A stretch of 64,000 bases of DNA from an uncultured Bryobacter sp. (GCA_964494515.1 CAZBTA010000001.1:14408-78407); one strand, 5' to 3'; positions 36,981-48,203 are shown, counted from the stretch's first letter. A program made the numbers and translations. Notes: generated by a model not told the origin, from the letters alone.

Positions 36981-37068
36981 GGCGGATGTCCTGACTCCGG
37001 GGTTGAAGTTCAAGGCATCCGCCTTCGTAACGGGGATATGACTATAAGTCGATTTCACCCCGGTCAGG
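36981..37068. other. Structured element in a convergent intergenic region (mutually exclusive or pseudoknot stems)
   Basis: GGCGGATG (36981-88) pairs with CATCCGCC (37016-23). CCTGACTCCGGGG (36990-37002) pairs with CCCCGGTCAGG (37058-68). CGGGG (37031-35) competes for CCCCG (37058-62). An A8 run lies at 37082-37089. Confidence 0.3.
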
Positions 37069-37089
37069 GTTACAGGCCGCTAAAAAAAA

Positions 37090-38463
37090 TTATTGGGAAA
37101 TTTTAAACTCGGTCCACGGCTGCGACGGCATGTCTCGCAGCACCCCCTTCTGATAGTTGAACTCCGGGTGTGCCTTTAGAAATTCCGCGGCTTTGAAGCT
37201 CGGCCCACACTGCGGACCATAAGCTGCGCTCATACTCATGCTGTCGATCATGCTTGCATCCGCCGCCTTGTTTTGCACCGCGCCACAAGGGCCGTACGGT
37301 GGCTGCCAGCCCGCGCTGCCACGGGGCGAAAGATCCACCCGCCCGCACAGACTGCGCTCATTCGGTGTGTCTTTTTTGTCATAGCTGTCATAACCATCGC
37401 CCATAAAGCGCTGCGCCGCCGCGAGGTCGATTTTGCCCCGGTTCTCGGCCATCAGCGCCTCCCAGCGCACACGACGCGCCGTCGGCGACGTCGACAAGTC
37501 CTTCGGATCAAAGCCCTTGGCTTCTTCGGCGATCAGCTTCGGGTTGATCGGGAAGTTCGACCCCACATAGTAGCCATCCTTCGTGCGCTCGAGCGTAACG
37601 TTCTTGAGTCCCAATTCGAGCCGCGCGATCTCGCCTGTCTTGTTGTCGCCAATCAGCCACGCATTTGCGTAACCACCGTTATTGCCCTGCTTGAAGGTCG
37701 CCACTACGTCATCAATCGACTTACCGTATTGCAGGGCCTTGCGGGCTCTTACAAATTCCGGGATCCCATTCTCATCAAAGCCCTGGAAAGCTGAGATTGT
37801 CGTCTCACTAATAACAATCCCCGCCGTGTTCATCCCAAAGTCATCCCCCGAGTGGATCAATCCCGGGTACCCATCCATCAGCATCCGCATGCCGTCCTTC
37901 GGCCGGATGTCAAAGATGATGTTCCACCGCTCGCCGATCGCAAAGTCCACCCACGCGTTGTGGGCGATCACGATCTTGCCGTTCTTTGTGTAGCTACCCG
38001 TCGCGATAAACGCGCTGCAGTGCTCGGGGGCGGTGACGGTGGCCGGGGTCGGGATGCCGTGCTTCTCGTTGTAGTAAGGCACGTAATACCAGGCCAGCTC
38101 CATCCATCCGTTCAGCGCCACCACGTCCCACACATCCAGCTTCGAGCCGCTCTGCTTCAGCCCCGCGGCAATGCCTTCGATCTCCTCGCGATACTGGGCT
38201 TCCACCTTTGGCCACAACACCTCGCGCCCGGCCTTGCGATAAAACTCCCAATCCTTTTTGGTGTCATGCAGGATGATCGTCTGGATCGCCTTCAGCCCGT
38301 CCTCGATCTCGCGTGCCAGCACGCGGCCATGCTTCAGCCCCATCTCGCGCGGTGTGCCGCTCAGTTGAATCTGGATCCAGCCCTTCTTCTCCACCTTCGC
38401 CGGCGCCGCCACCAGCAAACTCGCCATCAGGCCCAGCACTACAATCGCGCGATTCATTTTCAT
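37090..38463 (-). CDS. Secreted Ntn-hydrolase of the phospholipase B-like / peptidase C45 type
   Basis: 457 aa. Signal peptide present. [15 protein letters not shown] precedes an internal HCSAF (candidate autoproteolytic Cys nucleophile). The C-terminal pattern GRVDLSP...GAVQNKAAD...YGPQ...QPWTEF resembles eukaryotic PLBD proteins, as far as I recall them. Confidence 0.6.
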   Translation of the reverse strand: MKMNRAIVVLGLMASLLVAAPAKVEKKGWIQIQLSGTPREMGLKHGRVLAREIEDGLKAIQTIILHDTKKDWEFYRKAGREVLWPKVEAQYREEIEGIAAGLKQSGSKLDVWDVVALNGWMELAWYYVPYYNEKHGIPTPATVTAPEHCSAFIATGSYTKNGKIVIAHNAWVDFAIGERWNIIFDIRPKDGMRMLMDGYPGLIHSGDDFGMNTAGIVISETTISAFQGFDENGIPEFVRARKALQYGKSIDDVVATFKQGNNGGYANAWLIGDNKTGEIARLELGLKNVTLERTKDGYYVGSNFPINPKLIAEEAKGFDPKDLSTSPTARRVRWEALMAENRGKIDLAAAQRFMGDGYDSYDKKDTPNERSLCGRVDLSPRGSAGWQPPYGPCGAVQNKAADASMIDSMSMSAAYGPQCGPSFKAAEFLKAHPEFNYQKGVLRDMPSQPWTEFKISQ

Positions 38464-38502
38464 CCCCCAAGCATAGCTCTGCTAGAATCAAAGCGAACGC
38501 AA

Positions 38503-38739
38503 ATGGACGTCAAAGAAAAAGTTAAACAGATCATTGTGGAACAGCTCGGTGTGGATGAGGCGCAGGTCGACGACACGGCCAGCTTCATCGACGACCTCGG
38601 TGCCGACTCGCTCGACATCGTTGAGCTCGTGATGGCTTTTGAAGAAGCCTTCGGTATCGATGTTCCCGACGAAGAAGCTGAAAAGCTCACCACCGTCAAG
38701 GCAGCCATCGACTACATCGAATCCAAGAAAAAGAAGTAA
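38503..38739 (+). CDS. acpP: Acyl carrier protein
   Basis: 78 aa, [52 protein letters not shown]. The DSL phosphopantetheine attachment site is present. Confidence 0.95.
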   Translation: MDVKEKVKQIIVEQLGVDEAQVDDTASFIDDLGADSLDIVELVMAFEEAFGIDVPDEEAEKLTTVKAAIDYIESKKKK

Positions 38740-38769
38740 ACCAACTCTTTCCTGAAAAGGCGGTTCCCC

Positions 38770-40011
38770 TTGCCACGTCGCGTAGTTGTCACGGGTATTG
38801 GGTTGATCTGCTCCGTCGGTAACGATACAGACACGGTTTGGGCGGCTATCAAAGCAGGCGAATGCGGAATTGACCGCATTACCCTCTTTGACCCGTCCAA
38901 TCACGCGTGCCAGATTGCCGGCGAAGTCAAGAATTTCGACCCCACCACATTCATCGACAAAAAAGAAGTCAAGAAGATGGGGCGCTTTATGCACCTCGCC
39001 ATCGCGGCTACTGACAACGCGCTGGCAATGAGTGGCCTGAAGATCACCCCGGAGAATGCCGAACGCATCGGCGTCTACATCGGTAGCGGTATCGGTGGCT
39101 TTGAAGTCATCGAACGCGAACACGAGAAGCTCCTCTCCGGCGGCCCGGGCAAGGTCTCCCCGTTCTTCATCCCGGCCTCCATCGTCAACCTCGCCTCCGG
39201 CCAGGTCTCGATTCGCACGGGCGCCAAGGGGCCGAATTCCGCCACCGCCACCGCCTGCACCTCGGGCGCTCATGGCGTGGGCGACAGCTTCCGGTTGATC
39301 CAGCACGGCTATGCCGACGCGATGATCGCCGGTGGATCCGAGGCCGCCTGCACGCCTCTCAGCGTTGCCGGCTTTGCCTCAATGCGCGCGCTCTCCACCC
39401 GCAACGATGATCCCAAGGCCGCCTCGCGCCCGTGGGACAAAGACCGTGATGGTTTCGTCGTTGGTGAAGGCTCGGGCATCCTCATCCTCGAAGAACTCGA
39501 ATTTGCCAAGGCTCGCGGCGCCAACATCATTGCCGAGATCATCGGCTACGGCATGTCTGGCGACGCCTTCCACATGGCCAGCCCCAGCGAAGATGGCGAC
39601 GGCCCGCGCCGCGTCATGCTCAACGCGATGAAGGACGCCGGCATCACTCCGGCCGACGTGGATTACATCAACGCCCACGCCACCTCCACGCCCGCTGGTG
39701 ACGTCATCGAAGCCAAAGCCTTCAAGGCCGCCCTCGGTGAATACGCCTACAAGATTCCGGTCAGCTCCACCAAGGCGCAGACGGGCCACTTGCTCGGCGG
39801 CGCTGGCGCCCTCGAAGCCGGCATCACGGTGCTTGCCATCCGCGATCAGATCGCCCCCGGCACGATGAACCTCGATACCCCCGGCGAAGGCTGCGACCTC
39901 GATTTCATCCCCAAGCAGGCCCGCCCCATGCCGATCAACATCGCCGTTTCCAACTCCTTCGGCTTTGGCGGTACCAACGGCTGCCTCGTCTTCAAGCGCT
40001 ACACGGAGTAG
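38770..40011 (+). CDS. fabF: Beta-ketoacyl-ACP synthase II
   Basis: 413 aa. RRVVVTGIGLI, TACTSGAHG, HMASP, NAHATSTP and SFGFGGTNGCLVF are present. TTG start. It lies directly after acpP. Confidence 0.93.
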   Translation: MPRRVVVTGIGLICSVGNDTDTVWAAIKAGECGIDRITLFDPSNHACQIAGEVKNFDPTTFIDKKEVKKMGRFMHLAIAATDNALAMSGLKITPENAERIGVYIGSGIGGFEVIEREHEKLLSGGPGKVSPFFIPASIVNLASGQVSIRTGAKGPNSATATACTSGAHGVGDSFRLIQHGYADAMIAGGSEAACTPLSVAGFASMRALSTRNDDPKAASRPWDKDRDGFVVGEGSGILILEELEFAKARGANIIAEIIGYGMSGDAFHMASPSEDGDGPRRVMLNAMKDAGITPADVDYINAHATSTPAGDVIEAKAFKAALGEYAYKIPVSSTKAQTGHLLGGAGALEAGITVLAIRDQIAPGTMNLDTPGEGCDLDFIPKQARPMPINIAVSNSFGFGGTNGCLVFKRYTE

Positions 40012-40012
40012 T

Positions 40013-40764
40013 ATGAAGATCCTCGTCGCGATCAAGCAGGTGCCGGTTCGCGATTCGCAGCTTGCGGTCGATGAAGCCGCGCGCTGGATCGACGAATCTT
40101 CGCTCGAATACGAGATCAACGAGCCTGACGCTTACGCGCTCGAGGAAGCGCTGCAACTGCGGGATCAGCATGGTGGCGAGGTCATCGCCCTATGCGCCGG
40201 CCCCGAGCGTGCCTCTTCCACCATCCGCGAAGCGCTTGCCAAAGGCGCCGATCGCGCCATCCACATCGATGTCGATGACATCAGCACGTGGGACACGCTT
40301 TCGGTGGGTCGCCTGCTTGCCGCCGCGGCTCAAACGGAATCTCCCGATCTCATCCTTACCGGCCTGCAATCCGATGATCTCGGTGCGGGTCAGGTCGGCG
40401 TTGTCGTGGCCGAATTGCTCGGCCTGCCCCACGCCACCATCATCATGCAGGTTGAGATCAACGCGGGGGCCCTGCGCGTCAAGCGCGAGCTCGAAGACGG
40501 CTGGTTCCAGCACGTTGCGATGCCGCTGCCCGCTGTCCTCACCATCCAGTCCGGCATCAAGCCTCTGCGCTACGCCACGCTGATGGGCATCAAGAAGGCC
40601 AAGACCAAAGAGGTCAAGTCCCTCACGCCCGCCGATCTCGGCGTCACCCCGCAGCCGACTTACGAAGTTGTCAGCCTCACGCTGCCGCAGCGCTCCAAGC
40701 AGACGCAGATCGTCACCACGGTCGCGGAGTTGGTCGACAAGCTCAGAAACGAGGCCCACGTCCT

Positions 40765-40768
<4 letters not shown>
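40013..40768 (+). CDS. etfB: Electron transfer flavoprotein beta subunit
   Basis: The start is moved to MKILVAIKQVPV. The gene begins 2 nt after the fabF stop. LILTGLQSDD is typical. Confidence 0.88.
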
Positions 40769-41634
<866 letters not shown>

Positions 41635-41738
41635 AAGATTAAGACAATCGCAACTTAAGTTGGCTTGATTCCGGCCTCTCGCATCCCCTCGAGAGGCGAG
41701 TGTTCCGACACCCACTTCCGCCGCAAACTGTAAGCGTC

Positions 41739-43028
41739 ATGCTTAGAACGTTTGTCGCCGTGGTCTCCCTCGTGGGCTTTGCCGCTGCACAGACCACACC
41801 ACTACCGAAGAGCTTCACGCTCGATCAGGCGATTACCGAGGCCATCGATAACAACCTCGACCTTGCCGCTCAAAAACTGAACATCCCGGTCGCCCAGGCT
41901 CGTGAGATCACCGCGCGCCTCCGGCCCAATCCCGTGCTTTCCGTCTCTGGCCAGACGCTGAATCTGCTTGGCGCCAACTACTCCACATCGACTCCTCTCG
42001 GCCCCAACCAGCTCAACATCCATACCGACTTTCCCATCGAGCGGGGCCACAAGCGCGAGCAACGCATTGCCCTCGCGCATGAGGACATCTCGCTCGCCGA
42101 GATCCAGGTGCGCGAAGCCATGCGCCAGTTGATCGGTGGCGTCCAGAGCGCCTTTGTCGATGTCCAGCAGGCCAGCGAGAATCTCATGCTCGCCCAGGAC
42201 AACCTCAAGCGCCTCGAGAACGTCGTCGAGATCAACACCGCTCGCCTCAAGGCCGGCGATCTCGCGCAGGTCGAGCTCGATCGCTCAAAGGTGGCCGCCC
42301 TGCAGTACCGCACCGCCGTCCAGCAGGCCCAACTGCAGCTCGATCAGGCCAAGATCAACTTGCAGCAGGTCATGGGCCGCAAAGACAGGTCCACCGACAT
42401 TGAAGTCCTCGGCCCCCTGCGTCGCGAAGATGTCGCCACTACCCTCGACGAGCTCAAGCAGCAAGCCCTCGCGCGCCGTCCTGACATCAAGACCGAGCAG
42501 CAATCACAAGCCCGCTCCCAGGCCGACCTCAAGCTGCAGCTGGCGAACTCAAAGTTCGACTTCAACGTTGGCACCGAGTTCACGCGCCAGTCCGCCTACG
42601 GCGTTGCTGGCAACTCGGTCGGCTTGTATTTCTCGATGCCGCTGCAGTTCTTCAATCGCAATCAGGGCGAGATCGCGCGCGCCAGGCGTGAGATCGAGCT
42701 TGCCCAGGCGCGCATTAACGCCCGCCAGTCCTCGGTGGCCACCGAGGTCGAACAAGCCTGGCGTCAGTACAACGTCTCGCGCCAGTTGCTTACCGGTGTC
42801 GAGACTGACATCCTCGCCCGCGCTCGCAGCGTACGCGACACCACCGAGTATTCCTACAAGCGTGGCGAAGCAAGTCTCGTCGAGTTTCTCGATGCCCAGC
42901 GCGCCTTCAATGACGCCATGCAGTCGTTCAATGATGCCCGCGTCAACTACGCCCGCAGCCTTTACCTCTTGGACACCGTTTCCGCCGCTACTGTCAGCGG
43001 CCTCGATACAAGGAGCAACACCAAATGA
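41739..43028 (+). CDS. TolC/CzcC-family outer-membrane efflux protein
   Basis: Signal peptide MLRTFVAVVSLVGFAAAQ. Two OEP repeats are present (LTLDQAITEAIDNNLDL..., ...ARVNYARSLYLLD). Confidence 0.85.
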   Translation: MLRTFVAVVSLVGFAAAQTTPLPKSFTLDQAITEAIDNNLDLAAQKLNIPVAQAREITARLRPNPVLSVSGQTLNLLGANYSTSTPLGPNQLNIHTDFPIERGHKREQRIALAHEDISLAEIQVREAMRQLIGGVQSAFVDVQQASENLMLAQDNLKRLENVVEINTARLKAGDLAQVELDRSKVAALQYRTAVQQAQLQLDQAKINLQQVMGRKDRSTDIEVLGPLRREDVATTLDELKQQALARRPDIKTEQQSQARSQADLKLQLANSKFDFNVGTEFTRQSAYGVAGNSVGLYFSMPLQFFNRNQGEIARARREIELAQARINARQSSVATEVEQAWRQYNVSRQLLTGVETDILARARSVRDTTEYSYKRGEASLVEFLDAQRAFNDAMQSFNDARVNYARSLYLLDTVSAATVSGLDTRSNTK

Positions 43029-44197
43029 ACACCCAGCGCTTCCTCACCATTCTGGGCGTTAGCTGGATCGTCTTCACCCTGACCGCCTGTAACGATGGCA
43101 AGGCGGATCATGCCGCCACCCCCGCGCCAGCCGCCACTCCCAAGGCTGGCCCGGGCCAGGCGGTCTTCGCTCCCGATTCCCCGCAACTCGCCCAGATCAA
43201 AACCGAAAGCCTTGCCTCCGCGCTCGTCCCCGTCGGTAATGTCTCCACTCCTGGCAAGGTTGAAGCAAATGCCAACCGCCAGTCGCACGTGTCTCTTCCC
43301 GTCACCGGTCGTGTCAGCACCGTGCTCGTCAAGATCGGTGACTACGTGCGCCAGGGCCAACCCCTGCTCACCATCGAGAGCGCCGATATCGATGCCGCTG
43401 TCTCCGCCTACCAGCAGGCCGAAGCGGTGGTCACCCAGGCCAAGTCCGCTCTCGCCAAAGCGCAGATGGATCTCGATCGCGAGAAGGATCTCTTCGAGCA
43501 CGGCGCTGTGCCGCAAAAGGAAGTGCTCAACGCCCAGGCCGTCACCGTTCAGGCCAAGGCCGCCGTTGAGCAGGGCATGGCCGCCCAGGAACAAGCCCGC
43601 CGCCGCCTGCTGCTTTACGGCGTCAGCCCCAATACCTTCGGTCAGCGCATGACCATTCACGCTCCCATTTCGGGCAAAGTGCTCGACATGTCCGTCGTCG
43701 TTGGCGAGTACCGTAACGACTTGAGTGCCCCCGTGATGACCATCGCCGATTTGAGCTCCATCTGGGTTACCTCCGACGTGCCCGAAACCGCCATCCGTCT
43801 CATCCGCATCGGCGAGCCCGTCCAGATCCAGCTCAGCGCCTATCCCAACGAGACCTTCCGGGGTCGCGTCACGCTCATCAGCGACATCGTCGATCCACAA
43901 TCGCGCACGGTCAAGGTCCGTGCCGAGTTGCCCAATGCCGATGGCCGCCTCAAGCCCGAGATGTTCGGCAGCATCCAGCTCTCCGAACAAACCGAGCAAC
44001 GGCCCACCGTGCCCGCCGCCGCTCTTATCTCGGCCGAAGGCAAGACCATCGTCTGGCGCGAGATCCAGCGTGGCACCTTCGAGAAGGTCATCGTCACACC
44101 CGGCCCGCAGATCGGCGATCGCATCGCCGTGCTCGAAGGCCTCAAGCCAACCGACCGCGTTGTGGTCGATGGCGTCATGTTGCTCGCGGCCCGCTAG
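43025..44197 (+). CDS. RND efflux periplasmic adaptor (membrane fusion protein)
   Basis: 390 aa. Lipoprotein-like LTAC is present. The biotinyl-lipoyl-like segment is VLVKIGDYVRQGQPLLTIES. A coiled-coil hairpin and beta-barrel motifs follow. Overlaps the upstream stop. Confidence 0.88.
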   Translation: MNTQRFLTILGVSWIVFTLTACNDGKADHAATPAPAATPKAGPGQAVFAPDSPQLAQIKTESLASALVPVGNVSTPGKVEANANRQSHVSLPVTGRVSTVLVKIGDYVRQGQPLLTIESADIDAAVSAYQQAEAVVTQAKSALAKAQMDLDREKDLFEHGAVPQKEVLNAQAVTVQAKAAVEQGMAAQEQARRRLLLYGVSPNTFGQRMTIHAPISGKVLDMSVVVGEYRNDLSAPVMTIADLSSIWVTSDVPETAIRLIRIGEPVQIQLSAYPNETFRGRVTLISDIVDPQSRTVKVRAELPNADGRLKPEMFGSIQLSEQTEQRPTVPAAALISAEGKTIVWREIQRGTFEKVIVTPGPQIGDRIAVLEGLKPTDRVVVDGVMLLAAR

Positions 44198-44212
44198 GGG
44201 AGGACTCAATCC

Positions 44213-47200
44213 GTGATAGCCCAATTACTGCGCTTTGCCCTGCGCCAACGCTTCATTACCGTCCTCATCGGCCTCACGCTGATCGGCGCCGGCCTCTGGG
44301 CCTTTGCCCAGCTCAAGATCGAGGCCTACCCGGACATCTCCGACACCCAGGTCGTCGTCATCACCCAGTTCCCCGGCCGTGCGGCCGAAGAAGTCGAGCA
44401 ACAGGTCACCGTCCCCATCGAGCGTGCCCTCAATAGCGCTCCGGCCGTCATTGCCCGCCGCTCGCGCACCATCTTCGGCCTCTCGGTCGTCGAGCTCACT
44501 TTCGACTACGGCACCAACGATTACTTCGCCCGCCAGGTCGTGCTGGAAAAGCTGCGCGACGCCGATCTGCCCGATGGCGTCACGCCCACGCTCGGCCCCC
44601 TGTCCACGCCCATCGGCGAGCTTTATCGCTACACGCTTAGCGGCGGTGGGCTCGATCCGATGAAGCTCCGCGAGCTGGAAGACTGGGTCGTCGAGCCCCG
44701 CTTTTTGCAGGTGCCCGGCGTCGCCGACGTCACGCCCTTCGGTGGCCTGATCAAGCAGTATCAGGTGCAGATCGATCCGCTCGCGCTGTCCAAGTACGAC
44801 CTCTCCATCGCCCAGATCGCCAACTCCATCCAGGCCAACAACAGCAATGCCGGCGGCGCCATGCTCGACAACAAGCAACAGTCGATGGTCATCCGTGGCG
44901 TCGGCCTCATCCGCGACACGGCTGACATCGAGAATGTCGTCGTCGCCGAGTTCAAGGGCGTCCCAGTCTTCGTCAAAGACGTCGGCCGTGTCGGCATCAC
45001 CGCTGCCCCCCAGACAGGCATCTTCGGCCTCGGCCCCGCCAGCGGCGGCGTCGAAGGTATCGTGCTCATGCGTCGCGGTGAGAATCCCTCCGAGGTTCTC
45101 AAATCCATCAAGGCCGCCGTCGACGATCTGAATGAAAATCGCCTGCCCGCCGGCGTGAAACTCACTCCCATCTACGACCGCACCGACCTCGTCAACAACA
45201 CCCTCGCCACGGTGTCCCACACGCTGCTCGAAGGTCTCTTCATCGTCGTGCTCGTACTCGTCTTCTTCCTGGGGAGCGCTCGCGCCGCGCTGCTGACAGC
45301 AGTAACGATTCCGCTCTCGTTGCTGTTTGCCTTCATCTGCATGCACTTCTCAGGCATCCCCGCCAATCTCCTCAGCCTTGGCGCCCTCGACTTCGGCATC
45401 ATCGTCGACGCCACACTTGTCATGGTCGAGCACGTGCTGCATAAGCTCCACGAGCGCGAGCATCACTTCGGCAAGCTCGATAGCGCCAGCATCCTGTCTT
45501 CCATTCAGGACGCCGCCCTTGAAGTCGAGCGCCCCATCTTCTTCTCGCTGATGATCATCATCTCGGCCTACATTCCGCTGTTCACCCTCGAGCGCGTCGA
45601 GCGCAAGCTCTTTACGCCGATGGCCTTCACGGTTTGCTACGCCCTGCTCGGCTCGATGCTGCTCGCCCTCACGCTCATTCCCGTGCTCGCCACCTATCTG
45701 TTCCGCAATGGTGCCAAGAGTTGGGAAAACCCACTGCTCCCCTGGCTTTCCCGCCGTTACGAAAGCGTACTGTTCCGTGCGCTGCGCCGTCCGGCGCTGA
45801 TGGTGGGCGCTTCGGGAGCAGTGGTGCTGGCGGCCTTCGCGCTGGCCGGTGCGCTCGGCATCGAGTTCCTGCCTTCGCTCGATGAAGGCGTCATCTGGGT
45901 CCGCGCCGTCTTGCCAGCCGGCATCTCGCTCGACAAGTCCGCCCAGGTCGCCAGCGAGATCCGCTCCATCATCAGCCAGTATCCCGAGGTGCAGCTCACC
46001 TCTTCGCAGACCGGTCGTAACGACTCGGGCACCGACCCCTACGGCCCCAATCGCAACGAGTTCTTCCTCGCCCTCAAGCCCTACGACACCTGGCCCGACG
46101 GCATGAACAAAGCCCGGCTCATCGACGAGCTCAGCCGCAAGCTCAATGAGCGCATTCCCGGCGCCGCCTTCAGCTTCACGCAGCCTATCGTCGACAACGT
46201 CACCGAGTCGGTCACCGGCTCGGCCGCCGACCTTGCCGTCATCATTCGTGGCCCCGATCTCGCCACCCTGCGCAATCAGGCCGAGAAGATCCTCGAGATC
46301 ATCCGTCAGGTGCCCGGCGCCGCGGATTCCGCCATCGAGCAGGAAGCCGACCAGGCCCAGCTTCGCATCCGCATCGATCGCCAGGCCGCTGCCCGCTACG
46401 GCATCAACGTCCGCGACGTGCAGGATGTCATCGAGATGGCCATCGGTGGCCGCTCCGCCGGCACGATGTTCGAAGGCGAACGCCGCTTCGACATCACCGT
46501 GCGCTACATCCCCGAGGCGCGCACCTCCATCCCCGCCATCGGCAACGTGATGGTGCCCACCCGCGAAGGTGGCCGTGTCCCGCTCTCGCAGTTGGCCGAG
46601 ATCAAGGTCGTCAATGGCGCGAGCATCATTGCCCGCCGCGAGAATCAGCGCCAGATCACCGTCCGCACCAACATCCGCGGTCGCGATCAGGGCAGCTTTG
46701 TTGCTGACGCCCAAAAGGCCTTCAACAAGGCCATCACCTTGCCCGCCGGCTATGAGGTCACCTGGGGCGGCCAGTTTGAGAATCTCCAACGCGCCAAAAA
46801 ACGCCTCACGGTCATTCTCCCCATCACCATCGCCATCATCTTCGTGCTGCTGTTCTTCATGTTTGGCTCGCCGAAGTATGCCGGCCTCGTGCTGATGAAC
46901 GTGCCGTTCTCCCTCGTCGGCGGCATCCTCTTCCTCTACCTGCGTCACATCAACCTCAGCGTCTCCGCCGCAGTCGGCTTTATCAGCCTCTTCGGTGTCG
47001 CCGTCATGAGCGGTGTGCTCGTCATTGCCGAGATCAATCGCGTCCGCCAGGCCGACCCCGATCTCCCCATTACCGAAGCGGTCATCCGTGGCTCCCTCGG
47101 CCAGTTGCGTCCTGTCCTGCTGATGGTCATCGTCGCGCTGCTTGGCATGGTGCCCGCGGCTCGTGCCAGCGGCATCGGCAGCGACGTTCAGCGTCCGCTC

Positions 47201-47317
47201 GCCACGGTGGTCGTCGGTGGCCTGCTCAGCACGCTGTTCCTTACCCTGCTCGCCCTGCCCAGCATGTATGCCCTTGCTGTGCCTAACAGTTCCCGTCGCA
47301 AGGAGTTGGCCTCATGA
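44213..47317 (+). CDS. CusA/CzcA-family heavy-metal efflux RND permease
   Basis: 1034 aa. MIAQLLRFALRQRFITVLIGLTLIGAGLWAFAQLKIEAYPDISDTQVVVITQFPGRAAEEVEQQVTVPIE is typical of HME-RND N-termini. Confidence 0.9.
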   Translation: MIAQLLRFALRQRFITVLIGLTLIGAGLWAFAQLKIEAYPDISDTQVVVITQFPGRAAEEVEQQVTVPIERALNSAPAVIARRSRTIFGLSVVELTFDYGTNDYFARQVVLEKLRDADLPDGVTPTLGPLSTPIGELYRYTLSGGGLDPMKLRELEDWVVEPRFLQVPGVADVTPFGGLIKQYQVQIDPLALSKYDLSIAQIANSIQANNSNAGGAMLDNKQQSMVIRGVGLIRDTADIENVVVAEFKGVPVFVKDVGRVGITAAPQTGIFGLGPASGGVEGIVLMRRGENPSEVLKSIKAAVDDLNENRLPAGVKLTPIYDRTDLVNNTLATVSHTLLEGLFIVVLVLVFFLGSARAALLTAVTIPLSLLFAFICMHFSGIPANLLSLGALDFGIIVDATLVMVEHVLHKLHEREHHFGKLDSASILSSIQDAALEVERPIFFSLMIIISAYIPLFTLERVERKLFTPMAFTVCYALLGSMLLALTLIPVLATYLFRNGAKSWENPLLPWLSRRYESVLFRALRRPALMVGASGAVVLAAFALAGALGIEFLPSLDEGVIWVRAVLPAGISLDKSAQVASEIRSIISQYPEVQLTSSQTGRNDSGTDPYGPNRNEFFLALKPYDTWPDGMNKARLIDELSRKLNERIPGAAFSFTQPIVDNVTESVTGSAADLAVIIRGPDLATLRNQAEKILEIIRQVPGAADSAIEQEADQAQLRIRIDRQAAARYGINVRDVQDVIEMAIGGRSAGTMFEGERRFDITVRYIPEARTSIPAIGNVMVPTREGGRVPLSQLAEIKVVNGASIIARRENQRQITVRTNIRGRDQGSFVADAQKAFNKAITLPAGYEVTWGGQFENLQRAKKRLTVILPITIAIIFVLLFFMFGSPKYAGLVLMNVPFSLVGGILFLYLRHINLSVSAAVGFISLFGVAVMSGVLVIAEINRVRQADPDLPITEAVIRGSLGQLRPVLLMVIVALLGMVPAARASGIGSDVQRPLATVVVGGLLSTLFLTLLALPSMYALAVPNSSRRKELAS

Positions 47318-47619
47318 CCAAAATGCAACTCACCATCTACCTCAATGAGGCAGACCTCATCGGTGATCAACCCCTGCATGAAGACCTCGTGCGCCGCCTG
47401 CTGAAATTCGAGATCGCTGGCGTGACCGTCCTCCACGGCCTCATGGGCTACGGCAAGCACGGCCGTCTCCATCGCAAGCGCCTCTTTGGCGTCTCTGACG
47501 ATCGCCCCGTCGTTATCATCGCCGTCGACGACGAGTCGCGCATCCGCCCCATCCTTGAGGAAATCAAGTCCATCGTCAGCGAAGGCCTCATCACGCTCCA
47601 CCCCGTGGAGGTCGTGTGA
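47314..47619 (+). CDS. DUF190 (UPF0166, PII-like fold) protein
   Basis: 101 aa, LTIYLNEADLIGDQPLHEDLVRRLLKFEIAGVTVLHGLMGYGKHG...VVIIAVDDESRI. ATGA overlap with the RND permease stop. Confidence 0.75.
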   Translation: MTKMQLTIYLNEADLIGDQPLHEDLVRRLLKFEIAGVTVLHGLMGYGKHGRLHRKRLFGVSDDRPVVIIAVDDESRIRPILEEIKSIVSEGLITLHPVEVV

Positions 47620-48203
47620 CACGCCTGCTCCTGCTGCTCGCGATGACCCAACTCGTCCATGCCCAGGCGGTCCTCGCCACACCACCATCCGATCCACCCA
47701 CGTGGCAGGATCGCCGCGGCGTCTTCTTCAAACGCCTCCTCGGCCCTCAGGCCGTTATCGAGACCATCCCCGGCACCATCTTCGACACGGCCCGCAACTT
47801 CCCCCACCAGTGGGGGCGCGGCCCCACCGGCATCGCCAGGCGCTTCGGCTCTCAGTACGGCCAGTTCGTCATCGGCGAGGGCATCGAGCTCGGCGTCTCC
47901 GCCTTCCATCGTGAGGACCCCCGTTACACCCGCATGCCCGAGGGCACCGTCGGCCAGCGCATCCGCCACGCCATCCACCGCACCTTCATCGTCCCCGGCG
48001 CCAATGGCGGCAATACGATCGCCCTCGCCCGCATCGCCAATGTCTACGGCAGTTGGGCCATCGCCACCTCATGGAACCCGCCCGACCAGCGCGACCCCGT
48101 CCGCATCCTCCGCAACGGCACCATGGGCATGGGCTTCAAGGTCTGCGGCAATCTCTTCAACGAGTTCTGGCCCGACGTCAAACGCCGCCTACGGCGCAAG
48201 TAA
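47616..48203 (+). CDS. Hypothetical secreted protein (195 aa)
   Basis: The GTG start overlaps the DUF190 stop (GTGTGA). Signal peptide MTRLLLLLAMTQLVHAQA. I recognise no family. Confidence 0.55.
   Translation: MTRLLLLLAMTQLVHAQAVLATPPSDPPTWQDRRGVFFKRLLGPQAVIETIPGTIFDTARNFPHQWGRGPTGIARRFGSQYGQFVIGEGIELGVSAFHREDPRYTRMPEGTVGQRIRHAIHRTFIVPGANGGNTIALARIANVYGSWAIATSWNPPDQRDPVRILRNGTMGMGFKVCGNLFNEFWPDVKRRLRRK

Noticed and set aside
41674-41697. Hairpin GCCTCTCG-N8-CGAGAGGC after etfA as a terminator
   Set aside because: No T-tract follows. It could still be a weak terminator or RNA-stability element, but the evidence is insufficient for a feature call.
45350-46948. 532-aa minus-strand ORF, plus 44225-45346 (373 aa)
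   Set aside because: Both are antisense to the CusA/CzcA-family permease, whose + frame has clear family motifs. Their composition is shadow-like (G/D/E/A/V).
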